A stretch of 24,000 bases of DNA. It comes from Nitrospirota bacterium. GTDB taxonomy: Bacteria; Nitrospirota; Nitrospiria; Nitrospirales; NS-4. Positions within the stretch are counted from its first letter, which is position 1; every line of letters begins with the position of its first letter. This document shows, piece after piece, positions 22,383 through 24,000 of the stretch. The notes below the pieces were generated by a model, which was not told the origin of the DNA, did no database searches, and was given only the letters and a program-made list of their open reading frames with translations. The position numbers were made by a program, and so were the translations under genes. The stretch spans positions 33,206 through 57,205 of the forward strand of contig CAWBGA010000011.1 in assembly GCA_963788195.1 (NCBI GenBank), in the 5' to 3' direction.

Positions 22383-23852
22383 ATGCGCTCACCGATGTCT
22401 CTCCTGTCCAAGGAGGCCTTTCTTGGGGCCCCTTCCCCGACGCCTTTGGCGACCGTCCTCACACTGCCCGCCTGTTCGACATATGACCTGTATGAGCGGC
22501 TCGTCGGAAACGACGCCTGTCCGGTCCTTTTGGAAAGCGGCGGTCGAGACCCTCAAGGATACTCGATCATCGCCTCATCGCCTTCGCGCATTTTTCGCGC
22601 AACCGGCTCCCGGCTCGAATACCTCGAGTCCTCCGGCCGGTCTTCCATCATTCAGCGCGATCCATTCGCGGCGCTGCGGGATCTTATCCTGGACATGGCA
22701 CTGCCTCGTCCGTTGGGATTTCCACCATTTTTCGGCGGCGCCATCGGGTACTTCGGGTACGATTTCGTTCACTGGTTCGAGCGTCTTCCCCGATGTACTC
22801 CCGACGACCTCGGCCTGCCGGAGGTTGAACTTGCCTGTTTCGAGCTTGTGGCTGTCATCGATCATTCACAGGAGCGATTGTGGCTGATCTTTACGCCGTT
22901 CAAGGAGCGGTTTCTTAAAGAACCGCGGGACGCCTTGTACGAAGAAGGTCTCGCCCGCCTGAGCATGCTTCAATCGCGTCTGATCACTCCACCTCGGCAG
23001 TCGGCCCTGCGGGCACACGCGCCAGTTCCACGCATTACGGCCGGGCAAACCCAGGAAGAATATGCGTGCCGTGTGCGCCGTTGTCTCGACTATATCGGCG
23101 CCGGCGATATTTACCAGGCCAATCTCTCGCACCGATTCGAGCTGCAGCTGGGCCAGCGGGCTCCGCGGTCGATCTATCGCAGGTTGCGAGAGATTAACCC
23201 CTCCCCCTTCGCGGCCCTGTTGGAGTTCCCTGCTGTCACGCTCGTCGGCTGCTCACCGGAACGGCTCGTAAGACTGCAAGGCTCGGATGTTGACACACGG
23301 CCTATCGCCGGCACGCGACCGCGAGGCAAAACCGGCGAGGAGGATGAACGGCTGGCAGAGGATCTGCTGTTGAATGACAAGGAGCGGGCCGAGCATCTGA
23401 TGCTCGTGGACCTTGAACGAAACGATCTGGGCCGTGTGTGCGCCTTCGGCAGCGTCCATGTCAATGACTTCATGACCCTGGAGCGCTATTCGCACGTCAT
23501 TCATATTGTCTCGAATATTCGAGGTCGCTTGGCGTCCGGGCGCGATGCGATGGATCTCATCCAGGCGGTCTTCCCAGGCGGCACTGTCACAGGGGTGCCG
23601 AAGATTCGCTGCATGGAGATCTTGGACGAATTGGAGCCGGTGCGGCGGGGACCTTATACCGGGTCTGTCGGGTATATCAGTGCCAATGGCGATCTAGATC
23701 TCAATATTATCATCCGAACCTTAGTGATCAAAGAGGACCGCGGGTACCTGCATGTCGGAGCCGGCATTGTCGCTGATTCAGACCCGTCTCGCGAATACCA
23801 GGAAACGCTATTCAAGGCCGAAGCCTTGCTCGACGCCGTGCGACATACATGA
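22383..23852 (+). CDS. pabB: Chorismate-binding enzyme, aminodeoxychorismate synthase component I (PabB-like; TrpE not excluded)
   Basis: GDIYQANLSHRF, SPERLV, RPIAGTRPRG, KERAEHLMLVDLERNDLGRV, FPGGTVTGVPKIR and RGPYTGSVGY. Its stop overlaps the start of a class-IV aminotransferase gene. The start is ATG at 22383 or 22395; the tracked ORF begins at 22215. Confidence 0.8.
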   Translation: MRSPMSLLSKEAFLGAPSPTPLATVLTLPACSTYDLYERLVGNDACPVLLESGGRDPQGYSIIASSPSRIFRATGSRLEYLESSGRSSIIQRDPFAALRDLILDMALPRPLGFPPFFGGAIGYFGYDFVHWFERLPRCTPDDLGLPEVELACFELVAVIDHSQERLWLIFTPFKERFLKEPRDALYEEGLARLSMLQSRLITPPRQSALRAHAPVPRITAGQTQEEYACRVRRCLDYIGAGDIYQANLSHRFELQLGQRAPRSIYRRLREINPSPFAALLEFPAVTLVGCSPERLVRLQGSDVDTRPIAGTRPRGKTGEEDERLAEDLLLNDKERAEHLMLVDLERNDLGRVCAFGSVHVNDFMTLERYSHVIHIVSNIRGRLASGRDAMDLIQAVFPGGTVTGVPKIRCMEILDELEPVRRGPYTGSVGYISANGDLDLNIIIRTLVIKEDRGYLHVGAGIVADSDPSREYQETLFKAEALLDAVRHT

Positions 23853-24000
23853 CGTGGATTTACCTGAACGACCGGTTTGTCCCGCACGAGGAGGCCGTGG
23901 TGTCCGTCTTCGATCACGGCTTTCTTTATGGAGACGGCGTCTTTGAGACTCTGCGTGCCTCTCGTGGTCGTATCCTCATGCTCGCCGAGCACCTTGCGCG
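23849..24000 (+). CDS. Class-IV aminotransferase-fold protein (aminodeoxychorismate lyase PabC-like / IlvE-like), 5' part only
   Basis: ATG at 23849 (ATGA overlap with the pabB stop). Translation: MTWIYLNDRFVPHEEAVVSVFDHGFLYGDGVFETLRASRGRILMLAEHLA, the typical class-IV N-terminus. The ORF is open to the window end and is absent from the ORF track. Confidence 0.75.
   Translation, partial: MTWIYLNDRFVPHEEAVVSVFDHGFLYGDGVFETLRASRGRILMLAEHLA

Overview
This is a moderately GC-rich bacterial chromosomal window, densely packed with genes, most of them housekeeping.

**Gene content, left to right**
- An RsuA/RluF-type pseudouridine synthase, frame-broken and running off the left edge.
- A compact minus-strand cassette: a 60-aa ORF, a 51-aa ORF absent from the ORF track, and a DUF692/MNIO-type metalloenzyme with an extra C-terminal domain. 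This is the most unusual content. It looks like a RiPP-style peptide-modification locus whose candidate substrate has no Cys and no signal peptide.
- A ROK kinase, a secreted ENPP/alkaline-phosphatase-family enzyme, an M23 peptidase, cutA and a rhodanese.
- A long minus-strand run: slt, zapB, zapA, a near-consensus promoter followed by about 300-350 nt of untranslated sequence, rny, ymdB, xseA, xseB, tlyA and an epimerase.
- On the plus strand, rlmN, two M16 peptidases and larE, followed by a GYD-domain protein.
- The Fo half only of the ATP synthase (atpZ/I, atpB, atpE, atpF).
- A pabB plus class-IV aminotransferase (pabC-like) pair running off the right edge.

**Other observations**
- Seven genes are interrupted by single-base frame changes. 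I located them by following family motifs from one frame into another. The simplest reading is an indel-prone assembly, so boundaries at those sites are provisional.
- A repeat family with a conserved CTGCC(A/G)AGACAG core occurs in two loci.
- I saw no tRNA, rRNA, CRISPR array, transposase or integrase.

All calls rest on reading motifs by eye. No searches were run.
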